Shown here: positions 28,540 through 37,555 of the stretch, piece after piece
Position numbering within the stretch: position 1 is the stretch's first letter
Layout of the letters: every line of letters starts with the position of its first letter
Assembly: GCA_903889905.1 (NCBI GenBank)
Contig: CAISZI010000048.1
Coordinates: forward strand, 5,881-69,880
Reading direction: 5' to 3'
From: Candidatus Wirthbacteria bacterium
Lineage (GTDB): Bacteria > Patescibacteriota > CG2-30-54-11
DNA: 64,000 nt
Notes under the pieces: generated by a model
Seen by the model: only the letters and a program-made list of their open reading frames with translations
The model's database searches: none
Told to the model about the DNA's origin: nothing
Translations under genes and position numbers: made by a program

Positions 28540-29020
28540 AGCTCAAAGGCACCAGCAATTACTTGGCCGCAAGGCCCAGAGGAAAGTCCGAGCTCCACCA
28601 AAGTCATGGAAGCAGCTAACGGCTGCCGGGAGAAGCTGGGAGCTTGGAGTTTTGAGCTACGAGTACAAAGGTAGCAGCGCTAGAACAATGAGAAGTCTTC
28701 CTCCTCCATGCTCCAAGCTCCGTACTCCACGCTAAATACTCCAAGCTCCTTGCTTCTCTCAGGGAAAGTGCCACAGAAACATACCGCCCCGCCGTTTCGG
28801 TCGGGGTAAGGTTGAAATCGCGGGGTAAGAGCCCACGGCTCCGTCTGGCAACAGCGGGGCGGGTAAACCCTTCCTGGAGCAAGTTCCAACGGACTGAATT
28901 ATTCGTTAACCCTGACTTTGGGGGAATAATTCAGAGTGGAACGCACGAGCGTCCTGGCAACAGGCCGCCTAGAGAGATGATTGCCAGTACAGAACTCGGC
29001 TTATTCGTGCTTTTGAGCTT
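28540..29020 (+). ncRNA. rnpB: RNase P RNA (bacterial type A) with an expanded internal region
   Basis: P4 signature AGAGGAAAGTCCGAGCTCCA, GNRA-capped P3 (ggccgcaaggcc), GGGTAAGGTTGAAA..GGGGTAAGAGCCCAC, 3' P4 strand ACAGAACTCGGCTTAT, and a P1 helix (28540-28553 with 29007-29020) followed by a U-run. Confidence 0.8.
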
Positions 29021-29028
29021 GTTTTTTT

Positions 29029-30528
29029 ATGCCAAGTCGTATGCTCAAATTTATTGATCGCCATTTTTCCCGCATTTTTGCCGTCCTTTATGTCCTGATT
29101 GATTATCTGGGCATTTGGGGCGCTTTTTTGTTGGCTTATGTCATCCGCCGCAAAGTGGATGTGACCACGCTGGACCTGGAACTGTTTAGCATTCCCAGTT
29201 TACACTTTGCCTGGAAAGACTTTGTCCAGGTCGCGCCGATGATTGCGGGGCTGTGGCTGGTCATTTTTATTGCCTTGGGCATGTATCGTGAAATCGGTAA
29301 AACGCGTGGACTGGAAGAATTCCGCGGCATTTTTGTCGCGGCTTCCTTTGGCATTGTGGCCATGACCGTACTCGGGTTTATCTATGGCCACCAGCCATTT
29401 TCACGCTTAATTACCCTCTATGCCTACATCATTTGCATTATTTTTGTCGCTTTCGGTCGCGCTTTGCTGCACGTCGTCGAAAATATCCTCTGGTCAAGGC
29501 AAATCGGTGTCGAACGGACCATCATCTGCAATATTGGTGCGATTGGCCGGCAATTTCTGGAAGGCATTCGTCAGCGTGGCTGGCCTGGAGTGCATATCAT
29601 TGGTGTAATCGAGGAACCGAACAAAAAATCCCAGGTCAAAGTCAAACAACTCGCATCAGGGCCAATTCTGCAGAACGACGCCAATACCATTGCGGGTTTT
29701 CCCATACTTGGTACCGTCTCCAATTTCAAAACCATTGTCGATCAGAATCATCCTGACACGCTCATCGTCGGCCTGGGTGGTGACAACGTCATGCAGGAGG
29801 TTGAACCATTGGTACAGTATGCCCGCGAGCAGGGCATTTTCGTCATGGTCATCCCCGACACGTTGGCACTGACGGCCGGTTACAAAGTGCGGGAAACCAT
29901 CAATGGCGTGCCCCTCATGGGACCACGCCGTTACCCGATTGCGGGATTACCGGGACTGGCCAAACGCCTCACGGATATGTTTTTTGCAGCGCTAGTCCTG
30001 GTTGCCTTAAGTCCTGTGATGCTGGTCGTGGCGATTGCCGTCAAGCTGACTTCGTCGGGATCGGTGATCTTTTCCCAGCAGCGCATTGGCAAAAACGGTA
30101 AACCGTTTGCTACGTACAAATTCCGTACCATGCATACCTGCTGCGAAGGTGAAAACGAAAAAGCCTGGACAACGCAAAACGATAACCGTCGCACTTCGAT
30201 TGGCACTTTTTTGCGCGCCTCCAACCTTGACGAACTGCCGCAACTGTGGAATATATTGCGCGGCGACATGACGCTGGTTGGCCCAAGGCCGGAGCAACCC
30301 GAATTTGTCAAAGAATTTGCCAACCTGATCCCCCGCTACCACGAACGCCACCAGGTCACACCCGGCCTTACGGGCTGGGCCCAGGTGAACGGCTGGCGCG
30401 GCAATACCGCCATTGAAGAACGGTTGCAGTACGACATGTTTTATATCGAGAACTGGTCCCCCTGGTTTGACCTCAAAATCATCCTGCTCACCCTCACCAG
30501 TTTCGGCAAATCCAAAGGAGCCTACTAA
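29029..30528 (+). CDS. undecaprenyl-phosphate sugar phosphotransferase (WbaP/CpsE-type initiating sugar transferase)
   Basis: N-terminal TM domain; C-terminal bacterial sugar transferase motifs ..FRTM..DELPQLWNILRGDMTLVGPRPE... Start is 9 nt after rnpB; alternative start at 29041. Confidence 0.8.
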   Translation: MPSRMLKFIDRHFSRIFAVLYVLIDYLGIWGAFLLAYVIRRKVDVTTLDLELFSIPSLHFAWKDFVQVAPMIAGLWLVIFIALGMYREIGKTRGLEEFRGIFVAASFGIVAMTVLGFIYGHQPFSRLITLYAYIICIIFVAFGRALLHVVENILWSRQIGVERTIICNIGAIGRQFLEGIRQRGWPGVHIIGVIEEPNKKSQVKVKQLASGPILQNDANTIAGFPILGTVSNFKTIVDQNHPDTLIVGLGGDNVMQEVEPLVQYAREQGIFVMVIPDTLALTAGYKVRETINGVPLMGPRRYPIAGLPGLAKRLTDMFFAALVLVALSPVMLVVAIAVKLTSSGSVIFSQQRIGKNGKPFATYKFRTMHTCCEGENEKAWTTQNDNRRTSIGTFLRASNLDELPQLWNILRGDMTLVGPRPEQPEFVKEFANLIPRYHERHQVTPGLTGWAQVNGWRGNTAIEERLQYDMFYIENWSPWFDLKIILLTLTSFGKSKGAY

Positions 30529-30530
30529 AC

Positions 30531-31640
30531 GTGAAAGTCGCCCTCGTCCATGATTGGCTGGTTAACTACGCCGGGTCGGAACGCTCGCTGCATGCGATCG
30601 CCGAGATTTACCCGGAAGCACCCATTTATACCAGTGTTTGTGATCCAAGTCGCATCAAATCACTGGCAGAGCGTGAGATCCATGTCTCATTTCTGGACAA
30701 ATTGCCAGGTGCGCGCCGCAACCACTCCATGTACATCGGCCTGATGCCACTCGCCTTTGAACGCATGGACTTCAGTGGCTACGACCTGGTCATCAGCTCA
30801 ACACACGCCTGCGCCAAAGGCGTGGTCACACCACCGGAGACCCTGCATATCTGCTATTGTTACACCCCGACACGCTATTTCTGGGACTTTTTTCACCGCT
30901 ACATCAATGACCCTTCCTACTTTGGCATCCTCAACGGCATTGTGCGGCTGTTTGCGCCCGTCATTCTGACTTACCTGCGCGTCTGGGATCGCTCTTCGGC
31001 CGACCGTGTCGACCATTTTGTCGCCATTTCCGATTATATTGCACAACGCATCCGCAAATACTACCGCAAAAACGCCGTGGTCATTTATCCTCCTGTCGAT
31101 ACAGCAAACTATGCCATCGCCCCCCACCTCGGTGACTACTATCTACTGCTGGCACGCCTCGTCCCTTATAAACGCACGGACATTGCCATCCAGGCATTTA
31201 ACCAGCTCGGTCTCAAACTTAAAATCGCCGGCGAAGGCCCCGAACTCGGTAAGTTGAAACGCCAGGCTGGCCCCAACATTGAGTTCCTGGGCAATGTCAG
31301 CGAAACCGACAAAGCCAAACTCATGGCCGAGTGCCAGGCTTTTATTTTCCCGCCCGAAGAAGATTTTGGTATTGCCCCGGTCGAAGTCATGGCAGCCGGT
31401 CGCCCGGTCATTGCCTATGCCAAGGGTGGCGCCCTGGAAACAATCATCGAAGGGACAACCGGCACTTTTTTCCACGCACAAACCAAAGCGGCCATCATCG
31501 ACGCTGTCACCCGTTTTCAAACCATGACCTTCAACCCCGAGGCTATCCGCAAACACGCACTGAAGTTTGACAAATCGGTCTTTGTCCAAAAAATCAGCAC
31601 ATACGTTCAGGATCGTTACCGCGAATTTCAACGCCAATAA
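30531..31640 (+). CDS. GT4-family glycosyltransferase (GTG start)
   Basis: MKVALVHDWLVNYAGSE.. and C-terminal E-x7-E region ..FPPEEDFGIAPVEVMAAGRPVIA.. Confidence 0.8.
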   Translation: MKVALVHDWLVNYAGSERSLHAIAEIYPEAPIYTSVCDPSRIKSLAEREIHVSFLDKLPGARRNHSMYIGLMPLAFERMDFSGYDLVISSTHACAKGVVTPPETLHICYCYTPTRYFWDFFHRYINDPSYFGILNGIVRLFAPVILTYLRVWDRSSADRVDHFVAISDYIAQRIRKYYRKNAVVIYPPVDTANYAIAPHLGDYYLLLARLVPYKRTDIAIQAFNQLGLKLKIAGEGPELGKLKRQAGPNIEFLGNVSETDKAKLMAECQAFIFPPEEDFGIAPVEVMAAGRPVIAYAKGGALETIIEGTTGTFFHAQTKAAIIDAVTRFQTMTFNPEAIRKHALKFDKSVFVQKISTYVQDRYREFQRQ

Positions 31641-31687
31641 TAATCTCCCTGACTGATTGAATTCATTATTTTTCTCCGGAGACACCC

Positions 31688-32719
31688 ATGGAATTTCGCC
31701 ACCTGCTCAAAGCCATCCGCAAGGAAATAGGTTTGTTTTTGACCGTCATCCTGATTGGACTTGTGATCGGCGGCACGTGGCTACTGCTGCAACCCCAAAA
31801 ATTCAGCAGCGCCATCTCCGTCGTCGCCAACTATGAAAACGTAAGCACTGGAGCCGCCAGTAACTATTTTCAATACAACAACTACTACGGCACAATGGTC
31901 GCCAATTCCTTCAGCGACAGCATTCCCGGTCTGCTCAAAAATACCGGTGTGGTCAAAGCTATTTTTGATCGTGCCAATGTCGATTTCACCAAAATCCAGA
32001 CTCCCGCCACTTTTTTCACCGCTGTGTCCAAAGGTAAATACGTCAACGAAATCCGCCTCTCAACCCAAAACCAGGCCCAGACCGAAGCGCTCTCCAACAC
32101 CCTGATCACTACGCTACGCCAAAAAGCCGATGAATTTTCACAAACCAGCATGGAAGGCAAACTGCAGCTTGGCATTGACGGACCGACGATTAATGTTGAG
32201 TATCCAGCCTATGCCATCGATGCCGCCGTGATCGTGGTTTTTCTGCTGGGATTGGCACTCCTGCTGGTAGCGATGGCGACCTACCTCAAAAATGAAACCT
32301 TTGAACAGCGTGAAATTGAATCCGCGTTAAGTATCAAAATCCTGTCTCATGTAAGCAACCTGCACCACCTGGGTGACACCCCTTCACTGGCTCTGCTGGC
32401 CCTGCATGAACAGCTTGTCACCCGTCTCAAAGACCACACTGTTACGATCACCTTTGTCGGCCCTGATACCGAAGCCATTAATGCGTTACGTGCCCAGTAC
32501 GAACATTTTTTCCCCATGCTGGGAGACAAAAAAAATACCTTCAGCTGCACCACACTGGTGTTGCGGCACGCTGTCCTGTCCGATATCCAAACCCTGGGCA
32601 AAACCAGCGTCGTCGTCATTGCACTTCCCGACAGTGGTGTGCGCCGTGACCTGCTCCAGTCCCTGTCCACCCTGATGTCAACGCTGACAGCGCCTCGCCT
32701 GCTGGTCACCTATTCATAA
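31688..32719 (+). CDS. hypothetical bitopic membrane protein, Wzz-like chain-length determinant candidate
   Basis: N-terminal TM, about 150-aa extracytoplasmic segment, second TM (..AAVIVVFLLGLALLLVAMATYL..), within the glycan cluster. Confidence 0.4.
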   Translation: MEFRHLLKAIRKEIGLFLTVILIGLVIGGTWLLLQPQKFSSAISVVANYENVSTGAASNYFQYNNYYGTMVANSFSDSIPGLLKNTGVVKAIFDRANVDFTKIQTPATFFTAVSKGKYVNEIRLSTQNQAQTEALSNTLITTLRQKADEFSQTSMEGKLQLGIDGPTINVEYPAYAIDAAVIVVFLLGLALLLVAMATYLKNETFEQREIESALSIKILSHVSNLHHLGDTPSLALLALHEQLVTRLKDHTVTITFVGPDTEAINALRAQYEHFFPMLGDKKNTFSCTTLVLRHAVLSDIQTLGKTSVVVIALPDSGVRRDLLQSLSTLMSTLTAPRLLVTYS

Positions 32720-32742
32720 CGCCTTTTTGGGACCCAACCCTT

Positions 32743-33858
32743 ATGCGCATTTTATTTGATGCCCGCGTGCTGATGAACCCGGAACCGTCGGGTGTGGGTC
32801 AGTACTCGTCGGTGCTGCTGCAGGAGCTCACCCGGCGACTGCCGCAGCAATGGCTGGTCTACCAGAACCGCTGGTCGAGTCAATTTGGCCATTTACCTGA
32901 ACTTCCCACCGCTACTGCCATCGCGCGGACACATTACCCCAACAAATTGCTCAATCTGATGGGTGCCTGGGGATTTAATCCCAAACTTAGACAGCCGGTA
33001 GACTTAATTCTAAGCCCGCACCTGAACGCCATTCGTCAAAACAACGTGCCAAGACTGATCACCATTCATGACCTTACTTTTGTCAAATTCCCTCACCTTC
33101 TTTCCCGTCAAAACCGCCTCTGGCACAACTGGATGGCGACAGCGGCCAAACAGGCCGACCATCTGATCACCCTCAGCCACGCCACCAAGGACGACATGAT
33201 CAAATGCTGGCGCATAAATCCAAGCCGTATCAGCGTCATCTATCCCGGTCTGATGCCCATCGCACCCATTGACGCTGCCTTGACGCAGCAAGTCCTGAAC
33301 CGTTTCAAGTTGCGTGCCCGCGCATATTTTTTCTTTGTCGGCGACATTGCCCCACGCAAAAATATACCCAACCTGCTAGCGGCATGGACCAAAGTTGTCC
33401 ATCAATCCCCGTACCGCGATTTCAAACTGGTGCTCTCGGGCAAAATGGGTTACCGCGAATCAACGTTTCACCAACAGGTGTCAGATCTGCACCTGACGAA
33501 TCACCTGGTGCTGACCGGCTATCTCGATGACACCATGAAAACAGCTCTGTTTGGTGAGGCGCTCGCACTCGCCTATCCGTCACTGTATGAAGGCTTTGGG
33601 CTTCCCATCCTGGAAGCATTTCAACTCGGCGTACCGGTGCTGACTGCGGCAATCGCAGCCATGCCGGAGATTGCAGGCGGGGCAGCGCTGTATGTCAATC
33701 CTTATGAAATTGACGACATTGCCCAAGGACTAACCACGCTGATTGATCATTCAGTGCTCAGGAGCACCCTGGTGCAGGCAGGTAAACAGCGTCTTCGGCA
33801 TTTCAACTGGGAACAGGCGGCGACCACTTATCAGGAACTTTTCCAACGCTTTAGTTAA
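32743..33858 (+). CDS. GT4-family glycosyltransferase
   Basis: ..YPSLYEGFGLPILEAFQLGVPVLTA.. Confidence 0.8.
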   Translation: MRILFDARVLMNPEPSGVGQYSSVLLQELTRRLPQQWLVYQNRWSSQFGHLPELPTATAIARTHYPNKLLNLMGAWGFNPKLRQPVDLILSPHLNAIRQNNVPRLITIHDLTFVKFPHLLSRQNRLWHNWMATAAKQADHLITLSHATKDDMIKCWRINPSRISVIYPGLMPIAPIDAALTQQVLNRFKLRARAYFFFVGDIAPRKNIPNLLAAWTKVVHQSPYRDFKLVLSGKMGYRESTFHQQVSDLHLTNHLVLTGYLDDTMKTALFGEALALAYPSLYEGFGLPILEAFQLGVPVLTAAIAAMPEIAGGAALYVNPYEIDDIAQGLTTLIDHSVLRSTLVQAGKQRLRHFNWEQAATTYQELFQRFS

Positions 33859-33977
33859 CATCCAGATGTTAACATCCAGATTGTCAAAACGCGTCAAGTT
33901 GTTTAGAATAGTCACCAAGAAAAGCAACTCTAGAGTGGAGTTGCTATGATTTTATTTTATGACCCACGAGGCTGAAT

Positions 33978-35054
33978 ATGACCGATATGGCAGACAAATT
34001 ATCCAACCTGCAAACCGGACTGACTTTTGACGACGTCCTGATCCTGCCAGAAGCCAGTGCCATGGAACCCACTGAGGCATTATTGCAAACGCGTGTCAGC
34101 AAAAACGTCAGCATCGCCATCCCGATCGTCAGTTCACCCATGGATCGCGTCACCGAAACCGCCATGTGCATGGTCTTGGGAGAATTGGGTGGGCTGGGAG
34201 TGATTCATCGCAATATGAACGCCGAACAGGAAATCGCCATGGCCAAACAAGTCAAGGACAAAGGCTTTAAAGTTGGCGCTGCCGTGGGACCGTTTGACCT
34301 TAGCCGCGCCCTGGCCCTGGACAAAGTTGGCGTGGATGTACTCGTGATCGATTGTGCCCATGGCCACAACCTCAAAGTTGTGGAAGGCGCCCGTCGCATC
34401 AAAGAGTCGGTCAAAGCCGACGTCGTGGTGGGCAATATCGCCACTGCCTGGGCCGCCGAAGATTTGTGTAAATTCGCCGATGGCCTGCGTGTTGGCATCG
34501 GACCCGGAGCAACCTGCACGACACGCATCATCACAGGTTGCGGCGTTCCTCAACTCACCGCCATCACCGAAGTGGCCCGCATCGCCCGTGCCGCCAACGT
34601 CCCGATCATTGCCGATGGCGGCCTGCGTTACAGTGGCGACATGGTCAAAGCGCTGGCTGCTGGCGCAAGTTCGGTGATGAACGGCAGCATCCTGGCCGGC
34701 ACCGACGCCTCCCCGGGCGAAATTGTCACCTTTGGCGACAAACAGTATAAATCCTACCGTGGGATGGGGTCACTGGGCGCAATCACCGGTACTGATCGTT
34801 ATGGTGATGGCAAATCTGAAAAAATCGTTCCCGAAGGTATCGAAGGCGTGATTATATTCCGTGGCTCCACCGCCGCTGTCGTCCATCAACTGATTGGCGG
34901 CATCCGCGCCGGTATGGGTTACGTCGGCGCCCGCACGCTTGATGAACTTTACCAGAAAGCACGTTTTATTCGCGTCACCCCGATTGGAATTCGTGAAAAC
35001 CATCCTCATTCCATGATCCAAACCAAAGACCAGCCCAACTATCCAGCTGAGTAA
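33978..35054 (+). CDS. IMP dehydrogenase/GMP reductase family protein lacking CBS subdomain
   Basis: ..VGIGPGATCTTR.., IADGG, GSLGA motifs. 358 aa. Confidence 0.7.
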   Translation: MTDMADKLSNLQTGLTFDDVLILPEASAMEPTEALLQTRVSKNVSIAIPIVSSPMDRVTETAMCMVLGELGGLGVIHRNMNAEQEIAMAKQVKDKGFKVGAAVGPFDLSRALALDKVGVDVLVIDCAHGHNLKVVEGARRIKESVKADVVVGNIATAWAAEDLCKFADGLRVGIGPGATCTTRIITGCGVPQLTAITEVARIARAANVPIIADGGLRYSGDMVKALAAGASSVMNGSILAGTDASPGEIVTFGDKQYKSYRGMGSLGAITGTDRYGDGKSEKIVPEGIEGVIIFRGSTAAVVHQLIGGIRAGMGYVGARTLDELYQKARFIRVTPIGIRENHPHSMIQTKDQPNYPAE

Positions 35055-35122
35055 ACAAGGCAAATTGACACGACTTGCTGCGAAGACGATAATAACCCCG
35101 CTTACATTAAATGGAGCCACGC

Positions 35123-35656
35123 ATGGACGTTTATATTGGTGCTGACCACGGTGGATTTAAGATCAAAGAAGAGCTCAAACCCTACATCCAGGAACTCGGG
35201 CACACGCCTATTGACGTTGGTTCATACCAGCTGGATGCCACAGACGATTACCCCGATCCAGTCCTGACGCTCAAACACAAATTAGCCGAGCGTGCAGGCA
35301 AGGATTTTCGCGCCATTCTAATCTGCGGTAGTGGCATTGGCATCTGTATGGCAGCCAACAAACTCAAGCATGTCCGTGCCGCAAGCTGTCTGGAACCGAT
35401 TCAGGCTTTTTTTGGACGTCTGCACAATGATATCAACACGCTCTGCCTGTCAGGCCTGCGCTCCAACGCCTCCAGTATCGAAAAAGTAACCGAAGGGGAT
35501 TACACCAACCTGATCGACGCCGGCATGAATGTGGCCAACCTCAATGAAGCCAAACGCATTGTCAAAGTTTTTCTGACCACCGAAACCGAAGCCAGCCCAG
35601 GCAGCCGTCATCGCCGTCGGCTCGAAAAGATCGCGGCATTGGAAACAGCCAAATAA
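35123..35656 (+). CDS. rpiB: ribose-5-phosphate isomerase B (RpiB/LacAB family)
   Basis: MDVYIGADHGGF..LICGSGIGICMAANK.. Upstream in-frame ATG at 35111. Confidence 0.75.
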   Translation: MDVYIGADHGGFKIKEELKPYIQELGHTPIDVGSYQLDATDDYPDPVLTLKHKLAERAGKDFRAILICGSGIGICMAANKLKHVRAASCLEPIQAFFGRLHNDINTLCLSGLRSNASSIEKVTEGDYTNLIDAGMNVANLNEAKRIVKVFLTTETEASPGSRHRRRLEKIAALETAK

Positions 35657-35687
35657 TCGATTTGTGCTCACCTTTTTTTTCGATACA

Positions 35688-35712
35688 ATAGCGGGGCAAG
35701 TGCCTCGCTTTT
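35688..35712 (+). terminator. candidate terminator after rpiB
   Basis: gcggggcaagtgcctcgc followed by TTTTTT. Confidence 0.35.
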
Positions 35713-35725
35713 TTGAAAGTTTGCC

Positions 35726-37087
35726 ATGCTTACCTTTGTCATTGTCACTGCGCTGGCCTGTGTCTTTGTACTGCTTGGACTGCGGCACCGCCGTACTCTG
35801 ATCGGTCTGGTGGTTTTGCTGCTGCCAACCTACGTCGTGCGTTTTAACCTCACGCCATTTCCCGTGCTGCACAAACTGCCAACAACACTACTCGAAATCG
35901 CACTGCTTGCTTATTTTGCCAGTTTCAGTGTCCACGCGCTCACCCATCGGCCGGATAAAATATCGCTGCAATCCTTTTTTCAGACACCACTGCAATGGCT
36001 TCCTGTGTTGACCGTTCTCGCTGCATGCCTTGGCGTCTGGGTGGCTCCTCAAAAAATCGCGGCGCTTGGATTACTACGTGCCTATTTCATTGAACCCGTG
36101 CTTTTTTTCTATCTGCTTTTCTGGGAAATCCGACACCAGCCTGCTCTAGTCAAAATCATCTACGGCGCGCTGCTGGGCATGATGGGGTGGCTTTCGCTTG
36201 ACGGCATTGGTCAGTATCTGGTCACGCACCAGTTTCACCTCAATTTTGCCGATACCACCGAAAACCGCATCACGGCTGTCTTCAATACGCCCAATGCGAT
36301 CGGACTTTTACTGGCACCACTCATTACCTTGTTTATCCCAATGGGCATTTGGCTCTGGCGCAACCATCATCGTCGCCTGGTGGCCGCGATTGGCGTCATC
36401 AGCCTGATGGCCGTGCTCTGCCTGTGGTGGAGCATTTCCCGCGCCAGCTGGATTGGATTGATTGCTGGCATTGTCGTCATTGGCGTTTCCCTCGCTGGCA
36501 AAAAAGCCATCCCGCTGCTCGTATTACTGACACTGGTAGTGGGGACAACGGCCTATCTGACGCAAACGCGGGTACGTGATTTTTTCAGTCCATCCGCCAA
36601 CGCCCACGACCTGTTTGGAGACAATTCCGCCAATGTACGCGTCCTCGTCTACGGCGCTACCTTCAGAATGCTGCAGGATCGCCCGCTGCTGGGCGCCGGG
36701 CTGGGAGCGTTCCAGGCACGCATCATTCAATATAACATTGGCCCACTTACCGACATTCCCATCTTTCCGCACAATATTTTCCTCAATTTCTGGACCGAAA
36801 CAGGATTGCTCGGCCTGTTGGTTTTTTGCTTGTTGTTGGGCCGACTGCTCTGGCTTTGTTACCGCCAGCTTCCATCCAGGCAAGCTCCCTATACGCTTTC
36901 TAACGCCATCTTCCTCGGTTCCCTGGCCTTTCTCACGACACTGATTGTCCACGGCCTCTTTGATGTCCCCTATTTCAAAAATGACCTCAGCCTGCTGTTT
37001 TGGATGATTGCCGCACTGATTGCGGGCACGACATTGCACAACGGCTCGACAAAGTCTTCACAGCCGCATGCCGATACGTTACAATGA
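35726..37087 (+). CDS. O-antigen ligase/polymerase family (Wzy_C-like) polytopic membrane protein
   Basis: About 12 TM helices; large loop with ..IFPHNIFLNFWTETGLLGL.. Confidence 0.65.
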   Translation: MLTFVIVTALACVFVLLGLRHRRTLIGLVVLLLPTYVVRFNLTPFPVLHKLPTTLLEIALLAYFASFSVHALTHRPDKISLQSFFQTPLQWLPVLTVLAACLGVWVAPQKIAALGLLRAYFIEPVLFFYLLFWEIRHQPALVKIIYGALLGMMGWLSLDGIGQYLVTHQFHLNFADTTENRITAVFNTPNAIGLLLAPLITLFIPMGIWLWRNHHRRLVAAIGVISLMAVLCLWWSISRASWIGLIAGIVVIGVSLAGKKAIPLLVLLTLVVGTTAYLTQTRVRDFFSPSANAHDLFGDNSANVRVLVYGATFRMLQDRPLLGAGLGAFQARIIQYNIGPLTDIPIFPHNIFLNFWTETGLLGLLVFCLLLGRLLWLCYRQLPSRQAPYTLSNAIFLGSLAFLTTLIVHGLFDVPYFKNDLSLLFWMIAALIAGTTLHNGSTKSSQPHADTLQ

Positions 37088-37126
37088 CGTCGAAAATGAC
37101 TGGGAAATAAAAGTCGTTGTCTGGTA

Positions 37127-37546
37127 TTGCGAAACAAATTTTACCTCAAACCAATAGCGAAAGTTTTACCGACGATGTCTTTGACCATATATCTGTTTGG
37201 CATCGGGATCACCACACTGGGTTCGCTCGCTATTTCCATCTGGATTTTGTTCAATATTGATCCACTGATCGCCTCCCGCCTCGAACTGATCATTTTTTAT
37301 ACCGCCGTTGCCCTGGCCATGATGGGCATGGTTACACTGCTTAGCTTTTATCTGCGATTGATACGCAGCAAAAATGAATTTTATTACGGCAACCTGCTTA
37401 CGTCCTTGCGTCAGGGTTTTCTGGTCAGTTGCTTTGCCGTTCTAACCCTGTTTCTGCGCAGTCTGCATGTGATTAACCTTCCCCAAATTGCTTTATTATT
37501 CTTTGCCTTTGTCTTATTTGAACTTTACTTTCTAGCCAAAAAATAA
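37127..37546 (+). CDS. small membrane protein (4 TM), hypothetical
   Basis: ORF track; hydrophobic. Confidence 0.4.
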   Translation: MRNKFYLKPIAKVLPTMSLTIYLFGIGITTLGSLAISIWILFNIDPLIASRLELIIFYTAVALAMMGMVTLLSFYLRLIRSKNEFYYGNLLTSLRQGFLVSCFAVLTLFLRSLHVINLPQIALLFFAFVLFELYFLAKK

Positions 37547-37555
37547 GGCTCCCCC

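Noticed and set aside
28616-29057. Small ORFs 28616..28882(-), 28680..28889(-), 28812..29057(+)
   Set aside because: They fall inside the RNase P RNA gene, whose conserved P4/P10-12/P15 motifs explain the sequence.
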